64,000 nt of DNA from Pseudomonadota bacterium. Lineage in GTDB: Bacteria > Desulfobacterota > Desulfobacteria > Desulfobacterales > RPRI01. This document shows positions 18,181 through 29,901 of the stretch, in pieces (positions within the stretch are counted from its first letter, which is position 1; each line of letters opens with the position of its first letter). Under the pieces are notes generated by a model. The model had not been told where the DNA came from and did not search any database. It saw nothing but the letters and a program-made list of their open reading frames with translations. The translations under genes and the position numbers were made by a program. The stretch spans positions 32,001 to 96,000 of the forward strand of contig JBDRRF010000083.1 of NCBI GenBank assembly GCA_043825875.1, in the 5' to 3' direction.

Positions 18181-19434
18181 TTATAAAAAAGAGGGGATGA
18201 CTTCGCCCCTAGTAAGATCTTCGTATTTCTGCCGTTTTCTTGTAACCTGGAATTGATCGCCATTTACCATGACTTCCGGAATCTTAAGCCTTGAACAATA
18301 ATTTGATGACATAACATATCCATATGCCCCTGAACTCATAACAGCCAGCAAATCTCCCTGCTCAACTTTTTGTATGCTGCGGTCAAGAGCCAGAAAATCA
18401 CCGCTTTCACAAATAGGCCCTACAACATCAGCTTTAACATCTTCATTATCTGATTTTTCCACAGGCTTAATAGCATGGAATGCTTCATATAAAGATGGCC
18501 TGAGCAGATCATTCATTCCGGCATCAACAATGACAAATTCCTTAACACCCGTTGATTTTCTGTAAAGTACTTTTGTTACAAGTACTCCGGCATTTCCTAC
18601 AATTACTCTTCCGGGCTCAAAAATCAGTTTGATTTTAGTATCACCGATAACTTCCTTTATAGCATTTGCATATTCTACCGGATTTGGAGGTTCTTCATCA
18701 TTATATGTTATTCCAAGCCCCCCTCCCAAATCCAGATGCTTTATATTAATACCCAAATCCGCAAGGTCTTTTATCATAACCTTCAAACTACGCAAGGCAT
18801 CCTTAAAAGGGCCTGTTTCCGTAATCTGTGAACCTATATGACAGTCAAGACCTATTACCTTAACATTTTTAAGTTTGGCTGCAATCTTATATGCTTCCAT
18901 AGCCGATTCGATATTTATCCCAAACTTATTCTTCTTCATACCTGTTGAAATATACGGATGAGTCTTTGGATCAACATCAGGATTAACCCTTATTGCAACA
19001 GGCGCTTTTTTCTTAAGTAATTCTGCTCTCTGGTTAATAATTTCAAGCTCTTCAAGGGATTCAACATTAAACATAAGTATGCCCGTTTTAAGAGCATAGT
19101 CAATTTCGTCAATTCTTTTTCCCACACCCGAATATACTATCTTGTTTGAAGAAAACCCGGCCTTTAATCCTTTGTAAAGTTCTCCTCCTGAAACGATATC
19201 AAGGCCTCCGCCAAGCTTTGAAAACAATTTCAATATCGCAAGATTGGTATTAGCCTTTGCGGAAAAACATACTAGACGATTTACACCCTTAAACGCATCG
19301 TTAAAAGCCGTAAAATGGCGTTTTAATGTTGCATAGCTGTAAATATATAAAGGTGTCCCTATCTTTTGCACAATCTTTTTTACAGGCACTTTCTCACAAT
19401 ACAATTCATTGCCATGATAAATAAAATGATCCAT
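18181..19434 (-). CDS. lysA: Diaminopimelate decarboxylase
   Basis: FSAKAN (PLP Lys), HIGSQ, LGGGLG, EPGR, GPICESGD, SNYCSR. Start placed at MDHF, after a GGGGAG RBS. Confidence 0.95.
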   Translation of the reverse strand: MDHFIYHGNELYCEKVPVKKIVQKIGTPLYIYSYATLKRHFTAFNDAFKGVNRLVCFSAKANTNLAILKLFSKLGGGLDIVSGGELYKGLKAGFSSNKIVYSGVGKRIDEIDYALKTGILMFNVESLEELEIINQRAELLKKKAPVAIRVNPDVDPKTHPYISTGMKKNKFGINIESAMEAYKIAAKLKNVKVIGLDCHIGSQITETGPFKDALRSLKVMIKDLADLGINIKHLDLGGGLGITYNDEEPPNPVEYANAIKEVIGDTKIKLIFEPGRVIVGNAGVLVTKVLYRKSTGVKEFVIVDAGMNDLLRPSLYEAFHAIKPVEKSDNEDVKADVVGPICESGDFLALDRSIQKVEQGDLLAVMSSGAYGYVMSSNYCSRLKIPEVMVNGDQFQVTRKRQKYEDLTRGEVIPSFL

Positions 19435-19517
19435 AATACTCCCCACAAACGCCGAATAGCAACGGTGTGCGTTATACGGCATTTGCTTGCTATTTTCTTT
19501 AATAGTTTTTTATAAAA

Positions 19518-19979
19518 TTAATATTCAATTTTTATTATATTCGAATCTCTACTCTCCGGTGTTACATTTTTACTAAAAGCAGTCACTTTAAAAAAATATT
19601 TAAACCCTTTTTCAAGTTGCCGAACATACCTTATGTTTCCGTCCTTCCCGGCAGAATCGGCAGAAACTTCAGCAACAGGTTTATAATTAATCGGACAATT
19701 TTCACATATGTCTTCTGCAACCGGATACTTTGCCTGATAGATGACAAATCCGGTTATCCGGGGCGCTTTTTTCTCTTTTGTTTTAGGAACAGTCCATTCA
19801 AGTATGACATTATCTCCTTCAACAAGGGATTTGAGCTCATTTACGGCAGGCACAGCCAATTGCCGCGGTGCGGCAGGAGGTCCCTTTCTGCCACAACCAT
19901 ACACAGATAAAATAATTGTCATGGCAATAAGAACCCGAATAATAAAATCGTATTTAAAAACTTTATATAAATTAGTCAT
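19518..19979 (-). CDS. Lipoprotein with YifL/LptM-like N-terminus and Fn3-like domain
   Basis: Lipobox followed by GCGRKGPP; CxxCP; lies between argH and lysA. Confidence 0.7.
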   Translation of the reverse strand: MTNLYKVFKYDFIIRVLIAMTIILSVYGCGRKGPPAAPRQLAVPAVNELKSLVEGDNVILEWTVPKTKEKKAPRITGFVIYQAKYPVAEDICENCPINYKPVAEVSADSAGKDGNIRYVRQLEKGFKYFFKVTAFSKNVTPESRDSNIIKIEY

Positions 19980-21378
19980 TTTTCGTTAATATATCTTTTT
20001 CTTTCGCAATATCTTTTTTTGCTTTCTTAATTGCGGCAACAACATTGCGGGGCGCTGTCCCACCATATGAAGTTCTGCGGTTTATCATGCTGGCAGGTGT
20101 TAATACATCATAAACATCTTTAGCAAAAAGATGTGAAAAAGTTTTTATTTCATTAAGAGAAAGCTCATTAAGTTCTTTCCCATTTTTTAAAGCAAAAGCA
20201 ACCGCCTTTCCTGCACAGGAATGAGCTTGCCTAAATGGCATTCCCTTTATAACAAGGTAATCGGCCATATCAGTTGCATTTAAATAACCCAAAGCACAAG
20301 CATTAAGCATAATATCTTTATTTATTTTCAGATTAGGAAGCATCCTCGTATAAACTTCTATACATGCCTTTAAAGTATCAACTGCATCAAACATTGCGAT
20401 CTTATCTTCCTGCATATCCCTGTTATAAGATAGAGGCAAAGATTTCATGATGGTGAGCATGGCAATAAGATCTCCGAATACACGTCCTGATTTACCCCTT
20501 GCCAGTTCACAAATATCAGGATTTTTCTTTTGCGGCATTATTGAGCTTCCTGTCGCAAAAGCATCCGGGAGTTCAATAAAACCGAATTCATATGAGGACC
20601 AGATTATAAAGTCTTCGGACATCCTGCTAAAATGAACCATGCAAATTGCAGCCGATGATATAAATTCAATTATAAAATCCCTGTCTGAAACAGAATCCAT
20701 GCTGTTTGCAGTTACTTTTGGAAAATCAAGAAGCTTTGCTGTGTATTTCCTGTCAATCGGATAGGTTGTTCCTGCAAGAGCGGCACTTCCCAAGGGCATA
20801 ACGTTTATTCGCTTCAAACAGTCTTTCATTCTTTCGGTATCTCTTAAAAACATCTCATAGTATGCCATAAGGTGGTGGGAAAAAAGTACCGGCTGAGCCT
20901 TTTGCAGATGCGTGTATCCCGGCATAATCACACCTGGGTTTTTTTCGCAAAGCTCAACAATAACTTTTCTCAACTCAATAAGGCTGCTTATAATCTTTCG
21001 GACTTCATCCCTTAGATACATCCTTACATCCAGAGCAACCTGATCATTTCTGCTTCTTGCGGTATGAAGTTTTAAGGCAACTTTTCCTATATCTTTTGCA
21101 AGCCTTGTTTCAATATGCATATGAATATCTTCAAGAGTATCATCATACTTGAACTTGCCGCTTTCAATCTCTTTTTTTATTTTTTCCAGGCCTTTAATTA
21201 TACTTAAAGCTTCCTTATCCGTTATTATAGAGGCTTTTACAAGCATACGGCAATGGGCAATACTACCTTTTATATCATGTGCATAAAGCCTTTTATCGAC
21301 ATCTATAGAAGATGTAAATGCTTCCACAATCTTATCTGTTTTCTGAGAGAATCTGCCATCCCATGGTTTATCTGACAT
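19972..21378 (-). CDS. argH: Argininosuccinate lyase
   Basis: PWDGRF, EDIH, ARSRNDQ, GSSIMPQKKNPD. Confidence 0.97.
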   Translation of the reverse strand: MSDKPWDGRFSQKTDKIVEAFTSSIDVDKRLYAHDIKGSIAHCRMLVKASIITDKEALSIIKGLEKIKKEIESGKFKYDDTLEDIHMHIETRLAKDIGKVALKLHTARSRNDQVALDVRMYLRDEVRKIISSLIELRKVIVELCEKNPGVIMPGYTHLQKAQPVLFSHHLMAYYEMFLRDTERMKDCLKRINVMPLGSAALAGTTYPIDRKYTAKLLDFPKVTANSMDSVSDRDFIIEFISSAAICMVHFSRMSEDFIIWSSYEFGFIELPDAFATGSSIMPQKKNPDICELARGKSGRVFGDLIAMLTIMKSLPLSYNRDMQEDKIAMFDAVDTLKACIEVYTRMLPNLKINKDIMLNACALGYLNATDMADYLVIKGMPFRQAHSCAGKAVAFALKNGKELNELSLNEIKTFSHLFAKDVYDVLTPASMINRRTSYGGTAPRNVVAAIKKAKKDIAKEKDILTKND

Positions 21379-21402
21379 ACAAAGGCCTCTTTCATCCCCC
21401 TT

Positions 21403-22614
21403 TTATGTAATAACCCTTTTTTTCAGGCTCTGGATTCTTAAACGCAAAGCATTAAGTCTTATAAAACCTTCAGCATCTTTCTGACTATAAACACTATCTT
21501 GTTCAAAAGTAGCAAAATCATGGCTGTATAATGACTCATCCGATTTTCTGCCAAGAATAGTACAGTTTCCTTTGTAAAGCTCGATACGAACCGTGCCGGA
21601 AACATATTCCTGGGTTTCATCTATCATGCTCTGTAGAATTTTCATTTCAGGTGAAAACCAGAAACCATTATAAACAAGTTCTGCATACTTGGGAATCAGA
21701 GAATCCCGAAGATGCATTACTTCTCTATCCATGGTTATTGATTCAATAGCCATATGCGCTGCTCTTAGTATTGTGCCTCCGGGTGTTTCATAAACTCCCC
21801 GCGATTTCATGCCCACAAATCTGTTTTCAACCAGATCCATTCTTCCTATGCCGTGTTTTCCTCCAAGCCTGTTAAGCTCTTTCAAAAGCTTTGCAGGAGA
21901 ATATTTTTCTCCATTAATAGCAACAGGGTTTCCTTTATCAAAAGTTATCTCTATAATTTCCGGTTTGTCAGGAGCATTTTTTGGTGATACTGAAAGGGTA
22001 AACATATCTTCCGGCGGAGCATTCCATGGATCTTCAAGCACTCCTCCCTCATAGCTTATATGAAGAAGATTCCTGTCAGAGCTGTAAGGTTTTGCCTGTG
22101 TGGTCGGAACCGGTATACCATGCTTTTTTGCATATTCCATAAGAAGAGTTCGAGAGCCCAGATTCCATTCACGCCAGGGGGCAATAATTTTAATGCCCGG
22201 ATCATGTGCAAGATAGCCTAACTCAAACCTAACCTGATCATTACCCTTTCCTGTAGATCCATGACTTACCGCATCGGCTCCTTCAATTTTCGCAATCTCC
22301 ATCTGACGTTTTGCAATAAGGGGTCTTGCAAGCGATGTTCCCAAAAGATACATGCCTTCATAAATTGCATTTGCACGAAACGCCGGAAAAACATAGTCTT
22401 TTGCAAATGTTTCTTTAAGATCATCAATATATACTTTAGTCGCACCGGTATTTTTTGCTTTTTCATCAATATAGTCGAGTTCTTCTTCCTGTCCCAAATC
22501 AGCGGAAAAAGTTATTACCTCACATTGATATGTTTCAATAAGCCATTTTAAAATAACTGAGGTATCCAATCCGCCCGAATAGGCCAGAACAACCTTTTTA
22601 ACTTTATCCGACAC
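21403..22614 (-). CDS. argG: Argininosuccinate synthase
   Basis: [31 protein letters not shown]. Confidence 0.97.
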   Translation of the reverse strand: MSDKVKKVVLAYSGGLDTSVILKWLIETYQCEVITFSADLGQEEELDYIDEKAKNTGATKVYIDDLKETFAKDYVFPAFRANAIYEGMYLLGTSLARPLIAKRQMEIAKIEGADAVSHGSTGKGNDQVRFELGYLAHDPGIKIIAPWREWNLGSRTLLMEYAKKHGIPVPTTQAKPYSSDRNLLHISYEGGVLEDPWNAPPEDMFTLSVSPKNAPDKPEIIEITFDKGNPVAINGEKYSPAKLLKELNRLGGKHGIGRMDLVENRFVGMKSRGVYETPGGTILRAAHMAIESITMDREVMHLRDSLIPKYAELVYNGFWFSPEMKILQSMIDETQEYVSGTVRIELYKGNCTILGRKSDESLYSHDFATFEQDSVYSQKDAEGFIRLNALRLRIQSLKKRVIT

Positions 22615-22658
22615 TCTATATCTCTCCTAAACCCTAATAATTTTATAAATAATATCTA

Positions 22659-23585
22659 TCAAGAAGTCGCTTTGCCACTTATTAATACTTCAAGAATAGC
22701 TTTTGTCATATGCAGCTTATTTTCCGACTGATCCCAGACAACTGATTTAGGGCCTTCAAGAACTTCTTCCGTGATCTCTTCTTCTCTGTGTGCGGGAAGA
22801 CAATGCATAACAATAGCATCTTCTGCCGCATGCTGAAGAAGTTTGCTGCTTATCTTATATGGTTTAAAGGCAAGCTTTCTTGCTTTCTGTTCTTCTTCCT
22901 GTCCCATGCTCGCCCAGACATCGGTATATAAAACATCCGCATTTTTTGCGGCTTCAACAGGATCTGATGTTAAGTAAATTTCTCCACGTCCTCTGTCAAG
23001 CGCTCGTTTTAATATTTTTTCGTCAGGTAAATATCCTTTAGGACATGCAAGAACAAGGTTAAGCCCTAATGTTGCAGCTGCATTAATCCATGAATGTGCA
23101 ACATTATTTCCGTCACCAATCCATGCTATTTTAATTTTTTTATATTTCCCTTTTTTCTCCATTACAGTCATTATGTCGCTTAATACCTGGCAAGGATGAT
23201 ATAAATCAGTTAAAGCATTTATAACCGGTATCGAAGAAAATTGCGCAAACTCTTCAAGCAGACTCTGGGAATATGTTCTTATTGCAAGGCAATCAATATA
23301 TCTTGAAAGCACTCTTGCCGTATCTCTTACCGGTTCATCTCTTGAAATCTGCGTATCCTTGGAGCTTATAAAAAGCGGGGTTCCACCAAGCTGAATCATT
23401 GCAGCTTCAAAAGATATCCTTGTTCGCGTTGATGGCTTATCAAATATCAAACCAAGAGTCTTGCCTGCGAAAGGACTGTACGACTCCCCTTTTTCCTGCT
23501 TTTCTTTCAGTTCAATTGCGCGATTTAATAAATAATCGATATCTCTTTTTGTTAAATCCAATATGGATATTATATCTTTTTTCAA
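22659..23585 (-). CDS. argF: Ornithine carbamoyltransferase
   Basis: STRTR, HPCQ, DVWASMG, HCLP. Confidence 0.96.
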   Translation of the reverse strand: MKKDIISILDLTKRDIDYLLNRAIELKEKQEKGESYSPFAGKTLGLIFDKPSTRTRISFEAAMIQLGGTPLFISSKDTQISRDEPVRDTARVLSRYIDCLAIRTYSQSLLEEFAQFSSIPVINALTDLYHPCQVLSDIMTVMEKKGKYKKIKIAWIGDGNNVAHSWINAAATLGLNLVLACPKGYLPDEKILKRALDRGRGEIYLTSDPVEAAKNADVLYTDVWASMGQEEEQKARKLAFKPYKISSKLLQHAAEDAIVMHCLPAHREEEITEEVLEGPKSVVWDQSENKLHMTKAILEVLISGKATS

Positions 23586-23622
23586 GGCATCCTCTGCAAT
23601 ATATTATTACGGCACACCATAA

Positions 23623-23646
23623 AGACGCAAAATTTTGCGTCTCTAC
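23623..23646. repeat. REP-like palindrome of GTAG type
   Basis: Perfect 20-nt palindrome AGACGCAAAATTTTGCGTCT followed by CTAC (GTAG on the minus strand). Confidence 0.75.
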
Positions 23647-23662
23647 AGGCCAATTTATTAAT

Positions 23663-24853
23663 TTACAATATATCATCAAGACATAAAATGAGAGCATCAA
23701 TTTCTTCTTTGCTTATAACAAGAGGCGGAATAAAACGGATGATTTTATCCTGTATGCAGTTTACAAGAAACCCTCTTTCCCGGCATTCGTTAACCACCTT
23801 CTCACCTTCGGCATCAAGTTCAACAGCAAGCATAAGTCCCATCCCCCTCAACTCTTTAATAGAATTATGCCTGCCTTTAAGCCACTTAAGCCTTTCCATA
23901 AAATAAGCACCAATTCTTTCACAATGCTCTAATATTTTTTCTTCAAAAATAACTTTTAATACTTCAAGTGCAGCAGATGTCACAACAGGAGTACCTCCAA
24001 AAGTAGAAGCGTGGGAACCATGCACAAAGGCTGAAGCAACATGGTCTTTTGCAAGCATTGCTCCTATAGGAAGGCCGTTTCCAAGAGCTTTGGCCAAGGT
24101 CATTATATCCGGCTCAACCCCGAAATGCTGATAAGCAAAAAGTTTTCCGGTTCGCCCTATTCCTGTTTGTATTTCATCATAAATAAGAAGAGAGCCTGTT
24201 TTATCACAAAGATCTCTTACCTTCTTTAAATAATCCGGCGCAGGGCAACGCACTCCACCTTCTCCCTGAATAGGCTCAAGAAGCACAGCACATGTTGAAT
24301 CATCTATTTTATTGGCCAGGGCATCTATATCATTGAAAGGTACGAAATCAAACCCATCGAGAATAGGATCATATCCTTTTTTTACCTTAAGCTGCCCGGT
24401 AGCAGATAAAGTCGCCATTGTCCGGCCATGAAAAGATCTCTCCATAGAAATTATTTTAAATCTTTCTTTTTTGCATGTGTCACTGAAATATTTTCGTGCC
24501 AGTTTTATTGCTGCCTCATTTGCTTCAGCTCCGCTGTTACAGAAAAAAACCTTGTCTGCAAAACTGTTTTCTACAAGCCATGCGGCAAGTTCCACCTGTG
24601 GAACAGTATAGTAAAGGTTTGATACGTGGAAAAGTATATCAGCCTGTTTGCATAACGCTTTTACTACCCTTGGATGAGTATGGCCTAAACTGCATACAGC
24701 AACACCTGCCACAAAATCGATATAAGATTTTCCATCGGTATCCCAAACTTTGCAACCCTTACCCTTCTCAATTACAATAGAAGGTCTTTTATAAGTATTT
24801 GCAATAACCTTCTCGGCTTTTTTAATAATATCGTTTTTCATAATTAACTTCAC
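23663..24853 (-). CDS. argD: Acetylornithine aminotransferase
   Basis: [41 protein letters not shown]. Confidence 0.95.
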   Translation of the reverse strand: MKLIMKNDIIKKAEKVIANTYKRPSIVIEKGKGCKVWDTDGKSYIDFVAGVAVCSLGHTHPRVVKALCKQADILFHVSNLYYTVPQVELAAWLVENSFADKVFFCNSGAEANEAAIKLARKYFSDTCKKERFKIISMERSFHGRTMATLSATGQLKVKKGYDPILDGFDFVPFNDIDALANKIDDSTCAVLLEPIQGEGGVRCPAPDYLKKVRDLCDKTGSLLIYDEIQTGIGRTGKLFAYQHFGVEPDIMTLAKALGNGLPIGAMLAKDHVASAFVHGSHASTFGGTPVVTSAALEVLKVIFEEKILEHCERIGAYFMERLKWLKGRHNSIKELRGMGLMLAVELDAEGEKVVNECRERGFLVNCIQDKIIRFIPPLVISKEEIDALILCLDDIL

Positions 24854-25725
24854 TTTCTTACTTCCGTACCTATTCCTTTATCCGTAAACAATTCAAGCAG
24901 TAAAGAATGCCGTTTTTTCCCGTTTATAATATGAACTTTCTCAACTCCGTTTTTTACCGCTTCTAACGAGCATTCTATTTTTGGAATCATGCCCCCTGAA
25001 ATACTTTCATTATCCATCATAGTCTTGGCAGCAGCAGAATCAATCGAGGAAATAAGATCCCCCGAAGCATTAAGGACTCCATCTACATCGGTAAGCAATA
25101 TAAGACGTCCAGCAGAAAGTGCCATTGCTATACTTGCTGCTACAAGATCGGCATTTATATTATAAGTCTCACCTGACATACCGGCACCCACAGGAGCAAT
25201 AACCGGTATAAATCCTTTGTCGGTAAGAGTAGTGATTATATCCGGCTTGATATTTGTTACCTCGCCTACAAGCCCGGTATCAATTATTTCCGGAGGCGTA
25301 TAGTCATCTTTCTTAAATACTATATGAAGTTTTTTAGCTAATATCAATCCGCCATCTTTTCCGCTTAAGCCAACTGCCTTTCCACCATGTTGATTTATCT
25401 GCGCAACAATGGCTTTATTGACTTTTCCGCCAAGAACCATCTCAACAACATCCATTGTGGGTTGATCTGTAAGACGCATACCTCTTACAAAAGTCGATTT
25501 TATCCCCATCTGGGAAAGCACCTGGTTTATTTGCGGGCCACCCCCATGAACAATTACAGGATTAAGCCCGACAAATTTCATCAATACGATATCGCGGGCA
25601 AAATCTTCTTTTAATTGTTCATCAACCATTGCATGACCACCATACTTTATTACTATAGTCATGCCGTAAAAACGCCTGATATAAGGCAGTGCCTCTATTA
25701 ATATATCCGCAACATTTGGATTCAT
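24850..25725 (-). CDS. argB: Acetylglutamate kinase
   Basis: [31 protein letters not shown]. Confidence 0.96.
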   Translation of the reverse strand: MNPNVADILIEALPYIRRFYGMTIVIKYGGHAMVDEQLKEDFARDIVLMKFVGLNPVIVHGGGPQINQVLSQMGIKSTFVRGMRLTDQPTMDVVEMVLGGKVNKAIVAQINQHGGKAVGLSGKDGGLILAKKLHIVFKKDDYTPPEIIDTGLVGEVTNIKPDIITTLTDKGFIPVIAPVGAGMSGETYNINADLVAASIAMALSAGRLILLTDVDGVLNASGDLISSIDSAAAKTMMDNESISGGMIPKIECSLEAVKNGVEKVHIINGKKRHSLLLELFTDKGIGTEVRK

Positions 25726-25763
25726 TTTCCCTAATAGCCCTTACACTATAATCTTCTTTTACA

Positions 25764-25906
25764 ACCCCCTTTGTCCCCCTTTGCTAAGGGGGAATGAAGA
25801 GGAAACCGTGAAGCTTAAACCTTAAAACCTTTAACCCTGAACCCTGAACTGTGAACTGTGAACCTTGAACCCTGAACCTTAACCCTGAACCTGAACCCTA
25901 AACCCT
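25764..25906. repeat. REP-like CCCCCTTTGCTAAGGGGG hairpin plus a degenerate heptamer array (AACCCTG/AACTGTG/AACCTTG)
   Basis: Seen directly between hslU and argB; about 13 imperfect 6-7 nt units. Confidence 0.8.
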
Positions 25907-27278
25907 ACAGAATATACCTGCTCAGATCCTCATCATCTTTAATATCTTTTAATTTACTTAAAACAGCTTTTGCATCAATTGTAATATCTCCACCAGGCAT
26001 ATCCGGAGCATCAAAAAGAATATCTTCAAGCAAGCATTCCATAATAGTATGAAGCCTTCTTGCTCCTATATTTTCAGTATGATTGTTAACCTCTTCGGCA
26101 ATTCTTGCAATTTCCTCAATTGCTTCAGATTCAAAAATGATATTAACCCCTTCTGTTTTAAGCATAGCAATATATTGGATAAGTAAAGCATTTTTGGGCT
26201 CTTTTAAAATCCTGACGAACTCTTTCTGGCCAAGCGCATCAAGCTCAACACGTATAGGAAAACGCCCCTGAAGTTCGGGTATAAGATCTGAAGGCTTAAC
26301 CGCATGAAATGCGCCGGATGCGATGAAAAGAATATGATCGGTCTTGACAGCACCATATTTTGTCATAACTACACTACCTTCAACTATCGGAAGAAGATCT
26401 CTCTGTACCCCTTCCCTGGAGACATCAGGCCCTGATCCGCCGTTTTTCCCGGCTATTTTATCAATTTCATCAATAAATATAATTCCTGACTGCTCAACCT
26501 TTAAAATCGCATTTTTTATAACTTTATCCATATCCACAAGCCGCTGGGATTCTTCCAATGTCAATACTTCCATAGCTTCGGATACTTTTATTTTACGTTT
26601 CTTTGTTGATTTAGGCATCATGCCGCCAAGCATATCCTTAAAATTGATACCCATCTCTTCCATGCCTAAATTGGAGAACACCTCTACCACAGGCATTTGT
26701 CTTTCTGAAATATCAAGATCTATAATGCGGTCATCAAGCTTTCCCTTGCGGAGCATGTCACGGAGTTTATTTCTTGTTGCAGATGCGTCTGTGCTTTCAG
26801 TATTAACAGGTTCCAATCCGACTTCAGTTGATTCATTAGTTTTATCAACTTCCTGGCGGTTTGATTTTGGAAGCAGGACATCAAGCATTCTTTCTTCTGC
26901 AAGAACCATAGCTTTCTCTTTTACATCTTCCTGTTCCTTTGATTTTACCATGGTTACGGTTAATTCAAGAAGATCCCTTACCATAGATTCAACATCTCGC
27001 CCTACATATCCGACTTCGGTAAACTTGGATGCTTCAACTTTGTTAAAAGGTGAATCCGTAAGCTTTGACAGTCTTCTTGCTATTTCTGTTTTTCCAACAC
27101 CTGTAGGACCTATAAGTATGATATTTTTAGGCGCAATCTCATCGCGAAGCTCATCAGGCACCTGCTGTCTGCGCCAGCGGTTTCTTAATGCTATTGCTAC
27201 CGATTTTTTAGCCTTGTGCTGGCCGATTATATATTTATCAAGTTCTTTTACTATTTCCGATGGTTTTAAATTTTCCAT
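25905..27278 (-). CDS. hslU: ATP-dependent protease ATPase subunit HslU
   Basis: [13 protein letters not shown] pore loop, [28 protein letters not shown]. Confidence 0.97.
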   Translation of the reverse strand: MENLKPSEIVKELDKYIIGQHKAKKSVAIALRNRWRRQQVPDELRDEIAPKNIILIGPTGVGKTEIARRLSKLTDSPFNKVEASKFTEVGYVGRDVESMVRDLLELTVTMVKSKEQEDVKEKAMVLAEERMLDVLLPKSNRQEVDKTNESTEVGLEPVNTESTDASATRNKLRDMLRKGKLDDRIIDLDISERQMPVVEVFSNLGMEEMGINFKDMLGGMMPKSTKKRKIKVSEAMEVLTLEESQRLVDMDKVIKNAILKVEQSGIIFIDEIDKIAGKNGGSGPDVSREGVQRDLLPIVEGSVVMTKYGAVKTDHILFIASGAFHAVKPSDLIPELQGRFPIRVELDALGQKEFVRILKEPKNALLIQYIAMLKTEGVNIIFESEAIEEIARIAEEVNNHTENIGARRLHTIMECLLEDILFDAPDMPGGDITIDAKAVLSKLKDIKDDEDLSRYIL

Positions 27279-27282
27279 ATTT

Positions 27283-27813
27283 TCAAAGTTCTTCTATAGT
27301 TATTTTTTCGTTTGTAAACACGCAAAGAGATGAAGCTATTTTCATCGATTCTTCAACAATTTCCCTTGCATTAAGACCGGAGTTTTTGACTAAAGCAGTA
27401 GCTGCAGCCTGCGCTCCAATCCCTCCTGACCCTATGCCGATTACACCTTCATCAGGTTCTATAACATCCCCGTTTCCTGAAATAAGAAAAATTCTGGTGT
27501 TATCAACTGCTATCATGAGCGCCTCAAGACGTCTTAAATACTTATCAGTTCGCCAATCTTTCGCAAGTTCAACAGCGCTTCTTGTAAGATTGCCGTTATA
27601 TCTTTCAAGTTTTTCTTCAAGACGTTCCGAAAGGTTCAGGGCATCGGCAGTAGCTCCTGCAAATCCTACTATAATGGTATCATTGTATATCCTTCTTACT
27701 TTTTTAGCCGTGTGTTTAACAACAGTATTATTTAGAGTCACCTGACCGTCACCTGCAACTGCTATTTTCCCTTTATGCCTGACAGCAAGAATTGTCGTTC
27801 CGTGGAAATTCAT
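27283..27813 (-). CDS. hslV: ATP-dependent protease subunit HslV
   Basis: GTTILAV (N-terminal Thr), [20 protein letters not shown]. Confidence 0.97.
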   Translation of the reverse strand: MNFHGTTILAVRHKGKIAVAGDGQVTLNNTVVKHTAKKVRRIYNDTIIVGFAGATADALNLSERLEEKLERYNGNLTRSAVELAKDWRTDKYLRRLEALMIAVDNTRIFLISGNGDVIEPDEGVIGIGSGGIGAQAAATALVKNSGLNAREIVEESMKIASSLCVFTNEKITIEEL

Positions 27814-27843
27814 GATTATATTTTCCCAATTTTTTTATTCTTA

Positions 27844-28776
27844 TTATTTTCTTGGATGAGCCTTGTCATATGTCTCCATAAGCCTGCCTATGCCAACATG
27901 CGTATATCTTTGCGTAGTTGAAAGGCTTTTATGCCCTAATAATTCCTGAACAACCCTTAAGTCTGCACCGGCATCCAGCATGTGTGTGGCAAAAGAATGC
28001 CTTAACGCATGAGGCGAAACAGGCACTGAAATACTAAATTCTTTTACAAATTTTTCAAGTATTCTGGCAATAGATCTTGTAGTAAGACGCCCTTTATTCT
28101 TATTTAAAAAAAGCGGATTGTTCTCATCTGATATTTTATTGTCTTTTCCCAGCTTCTCCCTGTATAACTTTATTGCATCCATAGCCTTACTGCCTATAGG
28201 TACAATCCTTTCTTTGTCACCCTTTCCAAATACCTTTATTAAACCGGCCCCAAATTCAATACTTGAAACATTAAGACCTGCAAGCTCTGATACTCTTATA
28301 CCGGAAGAATACATAGTCTCAAAAATGGCACGGTTTCTTAAGCCGGAAACCGTATCGGTTTTTATTGAATCAAGCAGACGAAACATTTCGTCGACAGTAA
28401 GATAAGCCGGAATATTTTTATCCTGTTTAGGCGTTGATATCAATTCAACAGGATTATTTGATATAATGTTATGCCTTACAAGATGTTTGAAAAATGATCT
28501 GAGAGCGGAAAGCTTTCTGACTATAGAATTTTTTTTGTCCTTCTTGTGCAAATAACCAAGAAATGCCCTTATCAACAAGTGATCAGCATCTTCTACCATA
28601 AATGGTTTTTTCTCAGACTCTTCATCGCTGTTTAGCCCTGATTTTTTAGCAGCAAAGGATGCAAACTCATCAAGATCATTTGCATAAGCACGACAGGTAT
28701 TATGAGAATATCCTTTTTCAGAAGCAAGAGTTTCAATAAATGAACTTATTATACTATCAATAGGATGTTTGTTCAT
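27844..28776 (-). CDS. xerC: Tyrosine recombinase XerC
   Basis: R-H-R-H-Y catalytic motifs (GIRVSEL, HALRHSFATH, LLGH, TQRYTH); lies upstream of hslVU. Confidence 0.9.
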   Translation of the reverse strand: MNKHPIDSIISSFIETLASEKGYSHNTCRAYANDLDEFASFAAKKSGLNSDEESEKKPFMVEDADHLLIRAFLGYLHKKDKKNSIVRKLSALRSFFKHLVRHNIISNNPVELISTPKQDKNIPAYLTVDEMFRLLDSIKTDTVSGLRNRAIFETMYSSGIRVSELAGLNVSSIEFGAGLIKVFGKGDKERIVPIGSKAMDAIKLYREKLGKDNKISDENNPLFLNKNKGRLTTRSIARILEKFVKEFSISVPVSPHALRHSFATHMLDAGADLRVVQELLGHKSLSTTQRYTHVGIGRLMETYDKAHPRK

Positions 28777-29378
28777 TTTGCAGAACCATTGGCCAAACCG
28801 TTGAAATTGATAAATGATTCGAGTTCATCCCAGCTTTCTACCTCAATAAACGGGTGTTTTTCTCTATTCCACGGTTGTTTGAAAACAACAGGCGTAACAC
28901 CTTGTTCATTTAAAGCAAAACATGTTTCAAGCCTGTCTTCCACAAAAAATGATATTTTTTTTTCTAAAAGAACGCCAGCCTTTGCTTCAAAGGAACCTGT
29001 AGCTACTACCTCCACCAGGGAAGGGTTAACCGATAACGTTTCTGATATCCAATCGTGTATCGGCCCGATATACGGTCTTGCGGTTACAAACAGCAGCGGC
29101 CCTTCTTTGCTTAACCTGCTTAGCACCCTTGCTGATCCTTCAATCGGTTTTAAGGGAGCACTATGCTGGCCATCAAGTATTTTATTTATTATATCACTTA
29201 TTATCTCCGGGTCGATTTTGATACATTCTTCGATATAATAGGATGTAATATCATTATAATTCAGATCTAACTTATAATCATCCCTTGCAATATCAATAAA
29301 TAAAGTCATTATATCGGCAACAACGCCGTCAATATCAAAGGCCAGAGAAGATGAGTCTATCATAAGACACCTTGACAC
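28773..29378 (-). CDS. HAD-superfamily 5'(3')-nucleotidase-like protein
   Basis: FDIDGVVAD motif I, VTAR, FVEDR, PWN. Confidence 0.8.
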   Translation of the reverse strand: MSRCLMIDSSSLAFDIDGVVADIMTLFIDIARDDYKLDLNYNDITSYYIEECIKIDPEIISDIINKILDGQHSAPLKPIEGSARVLSRLSKEGPLLFVTARPYIGPIHDWISETLSVNPSLVEVVATGSFEAKAGVLLEKKISFFVEDRLETCFALNEQGVTPVVFKQPWNREKHPFIEVESWDELESFINFNGLANGSAK

Positions 29379-29412
29379 ATATACTCTAATCCAAAAAGAT
29401 AAATGATAATAA

Positions 29413-29733
29413 TTAAACTCTTGTCTTTTTCTTAAGCTTTATTATCCTGCTGCGATATATCTTAGACATTTTAGAATTATCATCACCAATAGCAGCTTCA
29501 TGCTTTGACTTTAATTCCTTAATTTTAACCTTTAATTCCCGAACGTTTGCATTGGTCTTTTTAGAGGGAGCGTCCACTATGCCCCTGGCCTCTTTGATCG
29601 TACCTATAAGCTCATCTTTATTCATGCCATGAGCTCCTGTAACTCCGGGAGTATTTATTGCAAGTTCTCTCAAATCTTTAGCGGTCATTTTATCAAGAGG
29701 TTTTTCTTTTACTGCTTTTTTCTTGCTGCCCAT
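29413..29733 (-). CDS. Small basic protein with Rho N-terminal-like domain
   Basis: LDKMTAKDLRELA...GMNKDELI helix-extension-helix pattern. Confidence 0.65.
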   Translation of the reverse strand: MGSKKKAVKEKPLDKMTAKDLRELAINTPGVTGAHGMNKDELIGTIKEARGIVDAPSKKTNANVRELKVKIKELKSKHEAAIGDDNSKMSKIYRSRIIKLKKKTRV

Positions 29734-29901
29734 CTGAATTTCAATCTCCTTTCTCTGTCCTTGTAAAAAGCATAAGCGGAAGCAGCTACGCCTCCGCTAT
29801 AAAATTAAAACTAATTAGTATGATAGCGGTAATATCTTATAAAATACATCCTACCTTAAACTATTTATTTCTATAATGTCAATAAAATAGATGCCTTTCT
29901 A

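Noticed and set aside
25803..25906. CRISPR array
   Set aside because: The units are 6-7 nt with no spacers, and the window has no cas genes.
26344..27333. 329-aa plus-strand ORF
   Set aside because: Antisense shadow of hslU with no recognisable motifs.
27844..28776. XerC as the integron or island integrase
   Set aside because: It sits in the housekeeping xerC-hslVU context and lacks the IntI-specific insertion.
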